IMG/VR virus record: IMGVR_UViG_3300050500_000527
Origin: a virus
Lineage: Duplodnaviria > Heunggongvirae > Uroviricota > Caudoviricetes
DNA length: 27,405 bases
Reading direction: 5' to 3' (one strand)
Shown here in pieces: positions 16,930 to 23,339 of the stretch. The translations under genes and the position numbers were made by a program. Numbering within the stretch: position 1 is the stretch's first letter; each line of letters opens with the position of its first letter. The notes under the pieces are model-generated. The model ran no database searches and was not told where the DNA came from. It was given only the letters and a program-made list of their open reading frames with translations.

Positions 16930-17009
16930 ACGAAAAAGCCCCCGAGGACTGGTTTCCTCGGGGGCTCTTCTGTCACTGCTCAACTGTCACGTACCAAAAG
17001 CTCGCATAC
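16930..17009 (-). ncRNA. Candidate ~80-nt small RNA
   Basis: Bounded by the near-consensus promoter at 17016-17044 and the terminator at 16933-16965; contains GTGACAG twice; no convincing ORF. Confidence 0.45.
16933..16965 (-). terminator. Strong intrinsic terminator
   Basis: GCCCCCGAGGA-AACCAG-TCCTCGGGGGC (11 bp) followed by TTTTT. Confidence 0.85.
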
Positions 17010-17015
17010 GGGCTC

Positions 17016-17044
17016 AGTATAGAGGGGGGTGCCGAGCCCGTCAA
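17016..17044 (-). promoter_or_regulatory. Near-consensus sigma70 promoter
   Basis: TTGACG, 17 nt spacer, TATACT; overlapped by inverted repeat CGGGCTC...GAGCCCG. Confidence 0.8.
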
Positions 17045-17050
17045 GCCACC

Positions 17051-17455
17051 TTAGGCGTCGAGCGCGGCAATCTCCTTCTCGATATCCTCCTTGCTCATGC
17101 CGGCCAGGGCCGCTTCTTCCTTGGTGCCCAGGGCGGCGAGCAGCTTCCGCTTACGCTCCGCATTGGCCGCCGCCTTCGTGGCTTTCTCGCGCTCTTCCAG
17201 CTTGACAGCGATCACGCGCTTCAGCACTTCCAGCTGCAGCTCCAGGCCCGCCTTGCGGGGGTCCGGCTTCAGCGTCACGAAGCTGCCTTCCTCCAGGCTC
17301 TTCAGCTCGGTGTTCACGGTGCGCGCCATCGCGTCCAGGTTCGGACGGTTCGCGTTCGCCGAGGTCAGCGGCAGGTCCCAGAGCTGTTCCACGCTGAGCA
17401 GCCCGACGGGGCTGTCCCACCGCACTTTATCACGGGTGGCTTTCTCGAAAATCAT
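17051..17455 (-). CDS. Conserved phage hypothetical coiled-coil protein
   Basis: MIFEKATRDKVRWDSPVGLLSVEQLWDLPLTS...; SD AAGGGAG; pattern recalled from other phages. Confidence 0.8.
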   Translation of the reverse strand: MIFEKATRDKVRWDSPVGLLSVEQLWDLPLTSANANRPNLDAMARTVNTELKSLEEGSFVTLKPDPRKAGLELQLEVLKRVIAVKLEEREKATKAAANAERKRKLLAALGTKEEAALAGMSKEDIEKEIAALDA

Positions 17456-17499
17456 GTTGGCATTCTCCCTTAAAAGAAGATCGGCTGACTCTCTCAACC

Positions 17500-19506
17500 T
17501 CAAAAGACGATGGTGTAAGCCTTATTCAGGTTCGGCCCCATCGCAACGACCGTAACCTTATCTCCGCGGCCCGCCGAGAACCCGACGCCGCTCATCTGCT
17601 CCGCGACCACCGGGCATTTGGTCTTATCGCCGAGCACTTCGAACACCTTGCGGTGCGCTTCCAGCTTCGGGCTCAAGAACTCGTTGTAGAGCCCACGAAT
17701 GGTAGTCGGGTTGGAGCACCCTTCCAGGATGAAGAACCAATGCTTATTCCCGACCGCATTGCCGTCCCAGTGGTTCGGGCTGAGGATCAGCGAGTTCACG
17801 CGGGTTGGGGCGAGAGTTTTCAGGCCCCATTTTTCCTGCGGCAGGGAGCCGGACGTAATGCCCGCCGCGGGCTTGATGGTGGCGCGACCGCCCTTCATCG
17901 TAATCGTGGCGACGGCCTGGTCCGCCTTAGAAGGGATGCCCTTCGCGTAGTTAAGCTGGAACAAACCCGACGCGCTCTCCACTTCCACGGTAAAGCCCAG
18001 GCCGGTGCTCTCCCGCCGACTGAACTGGTTGACATAAACAGAATAATCTCCGTCCGGCGCGTGGCTGACCCAACGGATATTCTCCACCGGCTCCCGCGTC
18101 GTGCCGCCGCCCGCATTCATGTCAACGTCGAGCTTGTGGCTCTTGTTGCCGAAATAAATGTGGTTCTTATTCGGCTCGATGACATGCAGGTCCAGGTCAT
18201 CGTAATTGTGCCACGCTAAGCTAATGCGCAGCGCGACGCCTTCCACCTTACCGCCCGCCTTCTTGACCTTCTCCTTAATGCTGTCCGTGACGTTGCCGTC
18301 ATAGGACCACGCGAAATCATTGTTCCACCGGAACAAGGACTTAGAGTCAGCCACCTCCGGCGCCGTGAGGCTCATGAAGTTGCTAAGGTGCGTGCCTTCC
18401 AGGTAAAGCTGCAAGCTGGTCACGCCCGCGAGGGCGCCGAGGAAGGTTTCAATATCCACCTCCTCGGCCCGCGAGAGGTCCAGTGGCGCCGGTTTTACCT
18501 CGGCCATCAGCAGGTTCTCAATACCGCCTTTCATTCTCCCCTGCACTGCGTTATCCACGAACAGCACGGAGTTGACGCTCACGTCGCTGAGCCGGGCATG
18601 ACGGCGCTGCAGGGCGTCTTCCAAGCCCAGCTCGGTGATGGTCTTCATCGCCGAAGCCACCATGGCCTTTGTAATGAGCGCCGTGGGCCTCTTATAGTTT
18701 TGCGGGGCGACCTTGGACTCATAAACGCGAACCGCTTCTTCGACTGCGCCGCCAGTGGTGAGGTCTTCCACCAAAGTGCCAATAACAGTGTTGCGAAAGC
18801 GCGCGGCCGGATCGCGCAGCATCTTCCAGGCCAGGTTCTCCTGCACCTTCGGGTCATTAATGCCATGGAATTTGGCCTGCAGCGCCTGGAAGCCCGCCAC
18901 GGCCTTCTTAAATTCGGCGCCACGATAAATGGCCCCATCCCGGATCAGCTCGGCGACCGTCTCAACGGCCGCGGGGCTCAGCTCCCGCACCGCACGGAGC
19001 AACATGGCATGCGTGGTGCGCAGTTCGCCACGCTTCGCGTCAGCGTCGCGGGTTACGTAGTCGCGCGGCACGTCCACCGAGAAATGCGACCACTGATGAG
19101 TTACGCCATCGATCAGCTCGAAGTTCTTCTCCACGCCGAATTTGGAGAACGGCGTCAGGAACACGTCGCGGACGACCAGGCCCCGAACGTAAGTCGCCAT
19201 GGCGTCAGCCACTTCCGCATAGGGGCTCGGCAATGTTCCCTGCCAACCAGCATCCCAAATTGTACGCAACTGGCCGTCATAAATGCCCACCACGTTACCC
19301 ACCGACCGGATAAAGGACCGGCAGCACGAGCAATCATGCTCGGTACGCTCACGGAAGACGGGGTTGGTGCCCTCGGGGAAGGCGGCGAGGTAAGCAGCCC
19401 AAATTGCGTCACGGTCGCTCTCAGCGACGAACAACTCGCCCTTGGCGAGGTCATTGAAATTCTTGCGGATCGCCGCGCCGAAGACGTGGAAATTATCGGT
19501 GGTCAT
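17500..19506 (-). CDS. Large conserved phage protein (668 aa) with HDCxCC motif and YfaP/DUF2135-like segment
   Basis: EHDCSCCRSFI; LRISLAWHNYDDLDLHVIEP...LDVDMNAGG...PVENIRW. Confidence 0.8.
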   Translation of the reverse strand: MTTDNFHVFGAAIRKNFNDLAKGELFVAESDRDAIWAAYLAAFPEGTNPVFRERTEHDCSCCRSFIRSVGNVVGIYDGQLRTIWDAGWQGTLPSPYAEVADAMATYVRGLVVRDVFLTPFSKFGVEKNFELIDGVTHQWSHFSVDVPRDYVTRDADAKRGELRTTHAMLLRAVRELSPAAVETVAELIRDGAIYRGAEFKKAVAGFQALQAKFHGINDPKVQENLAWKMLRDPAARFRNTVIGTLVEDLTTGGAVEEAVRVYESKVAPQNYKRPTALITKAMVASAMKTITELGLEDALQRRHARLSDVSVNSVLFVDNAVQGRMKGGIENLLMAEVKPAPLDLSRAEEVDIETFLGALAGVTSLQLYLEGTHLSNFMSLTAPEVADSKSLFRWNNDFAWSYDGNVTDSIKEKVKKAGGKVEGVALRISLAWHNYDDLDLHVIEPNKNHIYFGNKSHKLDVDMNAGGGTTREPVENIRWVSHAPDGDYSVYVNQFSRRESTGLGFTVEVESASGLFQLNYAKGIPSKADQAVATITMKGGRATIKPAAGITSGSLPQEKWGLKTLAPTRVNSLILSPNHWDGNAVGNKHWFFILEGCSNPTTIRGLYNEFLSPKLEAHRKVFEVLGDKTKCPVVAEQMSGVGFSAGRGDKVTVVAMGPNLNKAYTIVF

Positions 19507-19507
19507 A

Positions 19508-19551
19508 GGTAACTCCCTTTACCTGGTTTGAGCCAGGCGTTGAGAGTTACC
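19508..19551 (-). promoter_or_regulatory. RBS-sequestering hairpin upstream of the 668-aa gene
   Basis: GGTAACTCTC pairs with GGGAGTTACC (contains SD GGGAG); inner CCTGG/CCAGG stem; ends 1 nt before the ATG. Confidence 0.55.
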
Positions 19552-19577
19552 TTAATTTCAACTAGGGGGCTGTCCCC

Positions 19578-21344
19578 TTAGGCGCATTCCCGCTGACCAT
19601 CCGGGCCGATTATACATTGCATATTCTCGTCCGGCTTTACCTCAGCCTTCTTGAGAATGCCGCCTTTCTGACCTGTGGGCCGAAAAGTTGTGCAGCTCTT
19701 GCAACCCGACTCATAAGCTTCCAGGTAAATATTCTGGAACTGCTCCCAGGTGACATCGGCCCCGACATTAATCGTCTTAGAAACGGACTGATCCACCGCG
19801 CTGCTCACCGCTTTCAGCACGTCAACATGCTGCCTCAGCGAAACCTCCTCGATGGTCCGGCCTGTCACGTCCAGCTGGCCGAAGCCATAATCGGTGACGC
19901 GGGTCGGGACCGGGTCCGGCGAGCTCGGAAAACGGATATCGCGCACCATTTCATGCTGGAAAACTGGCTCCAGGCCAGAGCTCACGTTGTCCATCGTCAG
20001 CGAGATGGTGCCCGTCGGCGCAATGGAAAGCAAGTGCGAGTTGCGAATACCGTGCTTGGCAATCAGCGCCTTGACATCCTCCTCCAATTCTTGAACATGA
20101 CGCGAGCGGGCAAATTTCTCAGCGTTGTAAAGCGGAAAGGTGCCTTTCTCCTTCGCCAATTGGGCCGAGGCCCGATAAGCATTGTTGCGCAACACCTGCG
20201 TAACCTTTGCGGCAAAATCCACAAACTGCGGCGAACCATACGGCCAGCCCTGAGCTTCGCCCGCATTCGCCAGGCCCGTAAAGCCCAGGCCAATCCGGCG
20301 CTTCGACTTCATCTCCCGCTCCTGCTCATAAAGCGGATAGGTGGAAGCTTCGATTACGTTATCCATCGCCCGGACCACCACCGGGATATCTTCGCAGAAC
20401 TGACCCCAATTGAATGTATAGCGACGGCCCGTAACGCTGTCTTCCGTTGCCTTAATGCCAATGCGCAGGGCCGTGGGTTCCAGATATTTAGCCAGGTTGA
20501 ACGAGCCCAGCAGGCACGAGCCGAAGGCGGGCAACGGCACTTCACCGCAAGGGTTAGAGCCGATGATCTCTTCGCAGTAATTCAGGTTGTTATCAGCGTT
20601 GACGCGGTCGATGAAGAACACGCCCGGATCGCCCCAGTCCCAGGTGGAACGCATCATCGTCTCCCAGAGTTCTTCCGGGTCGACTTCGCCATGCGGGGCG
20701 CCGTTGTGCTTCAGCTGGAACGGCCGCTTGGCTGCTAGGGCTTCCATAAAGGCGTCAGTAACCTGCACGGAGAGGTTAAACCGGGTCAGGTAATTCTCCC
20801 GGCCCTGCTTACACCGGATAAACGCCATGATGTCCGGGTGATCGATGCGCATCATGCCCATCTGGGCGCCGCGCCGCTCGCCGGAGGACGAAATCGTACC
20901 GCCCGCGGCGTCGAACATCTCAATAAACCGCATCGGGCCGCAGCTATGGCTGCCGAGCTTCTTGATCAGCGCCCCGGCCGGGCGCAGTAGCGAAAAATTA
21001 TAGCCAATACCGCCGCCCATGCGCAGCGTGGTCATCGCTTCCGTGAGCCGCTTCATGATTGAGCCGTCGCCTTCCAAGAGGCTGTCCTCGATCGGCCCAG
21101 AATGGTAGCAGTTCAGTAGCGTGACATTCTTCGCGGCGCCCGCGCCCGCCCAGATACGGCCCGCGAAGCTAAAGCGCTGGAGGCCGAGCATCTCGCGCAG
21201 GTCGTGATAGTGGCGGGAGCTATCGCTCGTTGCGCTGGCTACACGATTGGTGGCTTCGCGGAAGGTTTCATATGGCGCGCGATATTTCGCGGCATGCACG
21301 GCGTCGGCCGCAGGCGTGACTGGTCCAAACTTAAATTCCGACAT
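19578..21344 (-). CDS. nrdJ: Class II (adenosylcobalamin-dependent) ribonucleotide reductase
   Basis: TLLNCY, GGGIGYNFS, RRGAQMG, SNPCGEVPL, CLLGSFNL, RRIGLG, SIAPTGTISL, VDQSVSKTIN, C-terminal Cys. No small-subunit gene nearby. Confidence 0.92.
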   Translation of the reverse strand: MSEFKFGPVTPAADAVHAAKYRAPYETFREATNRVASATSDSSRHYHDLREMLGLQRFSFAGRIWAGAGAAKNVTLLNCYHSGPIEDSLLEGDGSIMKRLTEAMTTLRMGGGIGYNFSLLRPAGALIKKLGSHSCGPMRFIEMFDAAGGTISSSGERRGAQMGMMRIDHPDIMAFIRCKQGRENYLTRFNLSVQVTDAFMEALAAKRPFQLKHNGAPHGEVDPEELWETMMRSTWDWGDPGVFFIDRVNADNNLNYCEEIIGSNPCGEVPLPAFGSCLLGSFNLAKYLEPTALRIGIKATEDSVTGRRYTFNWGQFCEDIPVVVRAMDNVIEASTYPLYEQEREMKSKRRIGLGFTGLANAGEAQGWPYGSPQFVDFAAKVTQVLRNNAYRASAQLAKEKGTFPLYNAEKFARSRHVQELEEDVKALIAKHGIRNSHLLSIAPTGTISLTMDNVSSGLEPVFQHEMVRDIRFPSSPDPVPTRVTDYGFGQLDVTGRTIEEVSLRQHVDVLKAVSSAVDQSVSKTINVGADVTWEQFQNIYLEAYESGCKSCTTFRPTGQKGGILKKAEVKPDENMQCIIGPDGQRECA

Positions 21345-21454
21345 GGAATTAGCTGCCCCCGAATTGGTGAAACACTATAGGTAGGGCAACTAATTTAACG
21401 CAGGATTGCGGCTAAGTACGTGCAGAATTGTGGGTTTTAGGCGAAAAAGTGAAA

Positions 21455-21607
21455 CCTATTTGCCGCGTTTACTGCGAGTGCCTCACGCACGTATACGGTC
21501 CGGTTAACGGCGATGTCGGCCAAGCAAGGTCCGACCCAATTTTAGCGCTTGCCGGGTTTTACGCGGCGGCATCAGGGTCCCAGGTCGCGACGAGCGCGGC
21601 AAATAGG
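21455..21607 (-). ncRNA. Candidate structured non-coding RNA (153 nt)
   Basis: Perfect 13-bp closing helix CCTATTTGCCGCG/CGCGGCAAATAGG; internal stems GTCGG/CCGAC and GTGC/GCAC; U-rich tail. Confidence 0.45.
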
Positions 21608-21617
21608 CCAGGCTAGT

Positions 21618-21842
21618 TTATGGCCGCTGCTCCCGGTCGACTAGCGCTTTCCGGGCCGTGGCCAAAGGCAACGCAGCGATAGCGAGATCGGCGTGCACCG
21701 TCCAAGGGTTGCCCAGCTGGGCGGCGATCAGCCGGTCGCCGCGGGGCGAACGCAGGCGCTTTTCAATATAGAGCCGCGCCCTAAGGACGAGCATCTGCCA
21801 CTTCCAGGCGTAGTCCTTCTTATTCGTGAACACGGTAATCAT
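21618..21842 (-). CDS. Hypothetical protein
   Basis: Likely start ATG 21842 (MITVFTNKKDYAWKWQ...); the longer track ORF overlaps tRNA-Gln. Confidence 0.55.
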   Translation of the reverse strand: MITVFTNKKDYAWKWQMLVLRARLYIEKRLRSPRGDRLIAAQLGNPWTVHADLAIAALPLATARKALVDREQRP

Positions 21843-21923
21843 GAGTGTTTCCGCCTCGCAATATGCGACCAAGCGACCGTCGGGCGCTGTGTACACGGAA
21901 AACGGGAAGATCAACACTGGTTC

Positions 21924-21997
21924 TGGTTCCCCCTCGAGGATTCGAACCTCAGTCTCAAAGTCCAAAGCCTTGTGTCCTACCACTAGACGAAGGGGGA
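21924..21997 (-). tRNA. tRNA-Gln(UUG)
   Basis: TCCCCCT/AGGGGGA acceptor; CAAGG-CTTTGGA-CTTTG anticodon arm; TTCGAAT loop; encoded CCA. Confidence 0.93.
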
Positions 21998-21998
21998 G

Positions 21999-22072
21999 AA
22001 GACGCGGCGGGATTCGAACCCGCGATCGCTCGATTAAAAGTCGAGTGCTTTAAACCACTTAGCCACGCGTCC
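21999..22072 (-). tRNA. tRNA-Lys(UUU), no encoded CCA
   Basis: GGACGCG/CGCGTCT acceptor; CTCGA-CTTTTAA-TCGAG; GCGGG-TTCGAAT-CCCGC. Confidence 0.9.
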
Positions 22073-22076
22073 AAAC

Positions 22077-22151
22077 TGGCTCCCGCGGCTGGATTCGAAC
22101 CAGCAGTCACCCGGTTAACAGCCGGGCGCATTACCATTATGCTACACGGGA
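22077..22151 (-). tRNA. tRNA-Asn(GUU)
   Basis: TCCCGTG/CGCGGGA acceptor; CCCGG-CTGTTAA-CCGGG; GCCA end. Confidence 0.95.
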
Positions 22152-22154
22152 AAA

Positions 22155-22308
22155 TGGTACTAGGAGAGGGATTCGAACCGACGACCTTCCTCATGTGTGG
22201 TTTCCGTGGATGGGTTCGAACCACCGACCTCAGCGTTATCAGCGCTGCGCTCTACCGGACTGAGCTACACGGAATAACGAGGACGCTCTACCTCTGAGCT
22301 ACCCTAGT
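22155..22308 (-). tRNA. Split Val(UAC)-like tRNA gene (halves 22275-22308 and 22155-22195) interrupted by a 79-nt insert
   Basis: ACTAGGG/TCCTAGT acceptor plus ACCA; GCTC/GAGC D arm; TCCTC/GAGGA anticodon stem. Removing 22196-22274 gives loop GT-TAC-AT. T stem has 2 mismatches. Confidence 0.7.
22198..22274 (-). tRNA. tRNA-Ile(GAU), nested in the split Val-like gene
   Basis: TTCCGTG/CACGGAA acceptor; CAGCG-CTGATAA-CGCTG; GGTGG-TTCGAAC-CCATC; ACCA end. Confidence 0.95.
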
Positions 22309-22314
22309 GAAATT

Positions 22315-22389
22315 TGGTGCCGGGAGAGGGAGTTGAACCGACGACCTTCCCCTGTAAACGAGGACGCTCTACCACTGAGCTACCCCGGC
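22315..22389 (-). tRNA. Atypical tRNA (Val-like paralog; 7-nt loop GTTTACA, positional anticodon UUA)
   Basis: GCCGGGG/TCCCGGC acceptor plus ACCA; TCCTC/GGGGA stem; G32 and C37 non-canonical; T stem has 2 mismatches. Confidence 0.65.
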
Positions 22390-22395
22390 AATAAT

Positions 22396-22471
22396 TGGTA
22401 CCACGGGTTAATTTCGAGTTAACGACCTCCGGTACTTCAGACCGGCGCTCTACCAACTGAGCTACCGTGGC
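22396..22471 (-). tRNA. tRNA-Phe(GAA) with atypical T arm
   Basis: GCCACGG/CCGTGGT acceptor; CCGGT-CTGAAGT-ACCGG; GTTAA-CTCGAAA-TTAAC; ACCA end. Confidence 0.85.
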
Positions 22472-22478
22472 ATTCTTA

Positions 22479-22569
22479 CCCACTACGACCGCGGTCGCAT
22501 TATCCTGCGTGCCGCAGAGGCTGGCTTAAGTTTTTAACCGGATCCGAGCCGTCCCCCTGCCGTAGCGGG
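22479..22569 (-). ncRNA. Candidate structured non-coding RNA (91 nt)
   Basis: 11-bp closing helix CCCGCTACGGC/GTCGTAGTGGG (2 G-U); internal GGCT/AGCC and CTGCG/CGCAG stems; 7 nt upstream of tRNA-Phe. Confidence 0.45.
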
Positions 22570-22574
22570 CCGGG

Positions 22575-22979
22575 TCAGTTTAGCTGCTCCGGCGCCGCCG
22601 TAAATGCGGAATTGTCTTGGCCCGGCCCGCGCCACCAGCGCACCATCGCCTCGGCCCGTTGACAACAACCGCCACAGAGGTCTGACGGGCCATCATACCT
22701 CAAGTCAAAGCCCAATTCCAACCAGATTAGCGGCCATATCGGCGTCAGGATCACGCCGCGCCAGAATTTCCCTGTGAGCATACTCATCCTCCGTAAACAC
22801 CCAACGCCGACTAGCTGACGTGAAACGCGCTCCTGTTCGACTTCAGCAAGATACTCAGAGATTACCTCGTTTTGCAGAGCGAGCGCTGTGCGGATATAAT
22901 CGCCGGGCGTCTGGCCCTCATAGAGCCGCTCGCGAAACTTCGCCTCGATAAGACGTTGGAAATCTTCAGGTTTACGCAT
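22575..22979 (-). CDS. Hypothetical protein within the tRNA array
   Basis: 134 aa ORF filling the gap between tRNA-Glu and the structured element; hydrophobic segment; internal GGAGG-ATGAGTATG possible second start. Confidence 0.55.
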   Translation of the reverse strand: MRKPEDFQRLIEAKFRERLYEGQTPGDYIRTALALQNEVISEYLAEVEQERVSRQLVGVGCLRRMSMLTGKFWRGVILTPIWPLIWLELGFDLRYDGPSDLCGGCCQRAEAMVRWWRGPGQDNSAFTAAPEQLN

Positions 22980-22984
22980 TTAAG

Positions 22985-23061
22985 TGGTGATCCCTGCGGG
23001 ATTCGAACCCGCGACCTTTGGAGTGAAAGTCCAATATCCTGGACCGCTAGACGAAGGGACC
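22985..23061 (-). tRNA. tRNA-Glu(UUC)
   Basis: GGTCCCT/AGGGATC acceptor; TTGGA-CTTTCAC-TCCAA; TTCGAAT; ACCA end. Confidence 0.95.
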
Positions 23062-23064
23062 AAT

Positions 23065-23138
23065 TGGAGAAATGGACGGGACTTGCACCCGCTTCCACGG
23101 CTTTGCAGGCCGCCGCATAACTATTCTGCCACCATTCC
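23065..23138 (-). tRNA. tRNA-Cys(GCA)
   Basis: GGAATGG/CCATTTC acceptor; GCGGC-CTGCAAA-GCCGT; U73 discriminator plus CCA. Confidence 0.92.
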
Positions 23139-23149
23139 TATAAAAGGGC

Positions 23150-23329
23150 GGAATGGGTAGCCTCTTACGGCCAACGAACACCACGACGACGGCGTGGCAT
23201 CCCCTACCAGCGCAACTGATACATAGACTTACGGGGCGAGTCCGTCGCAAATCCCCCGCCTAGCGTCTTCAGTGTTGTTGCCAGCCAGCTTTAACGGCGA
23301 TCACTCCGTAGTATCACTGGACCCATTCC
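23150..23329 (-). ncRNA. Candidate multibranched non-coding RNA (180 nt)
   Basis: 9-bp closing helix GGAATGGGT/ACCCATTCC; long-range CCAG/CTGG and TGATAC/GTATCA; hairpins ACGG/CCGT, CTGGC/GCTAG, GCGGGG/CCCCGT, GCCAC/GTGGT, GGCC/GGCT. Confidence 0.5.
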
Positions 23330-23339
23330 TGAAACGAAG

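Noticed and set aside
16785-16976. 63-aa ORF upstream of omp
   Set aside because: Runs through a strong terminator, has no SD and no recognisable composition.
13766-21385. Shared phage-specific promoter motif around TATAGT (near 13770 and 21378)
   Set aside because: Only two instances, with little similarity outside the hexamer and no consistent -35; insufficient support.
21345-21617. Cobalamin riboswitch upstream of nrdJ
   Set aside because: The B12-box and the GGGAA/ACUG core motifs were not found.
21845-22297. ORFs 21845-22297 (+), 21955-22224 (-) and the 5' extension of 21618-21983
   Set aside because: They overlap clear tRNA genes and are translations of tRNA sequence.
22472-22574. 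Pistol, HDV-like (theta) or hammerhead ribozyme assignment
   Set aside because: Only partial resemblance (TTAAAAA...CTTAAGCC); the required P2/P3 or nested pseudoknot pairings and CUGAUGA/GAAA cores could not be built.
23150-23329. tmRNA interpretation (short frame AGNNTEDARRGICDGLAP* and a GGATTTGCGACGG resemblance)
   Set aside because: No T arm, no G3-U70 Ala acceptor, no CCA and no hydrophobic AA-type tag end.
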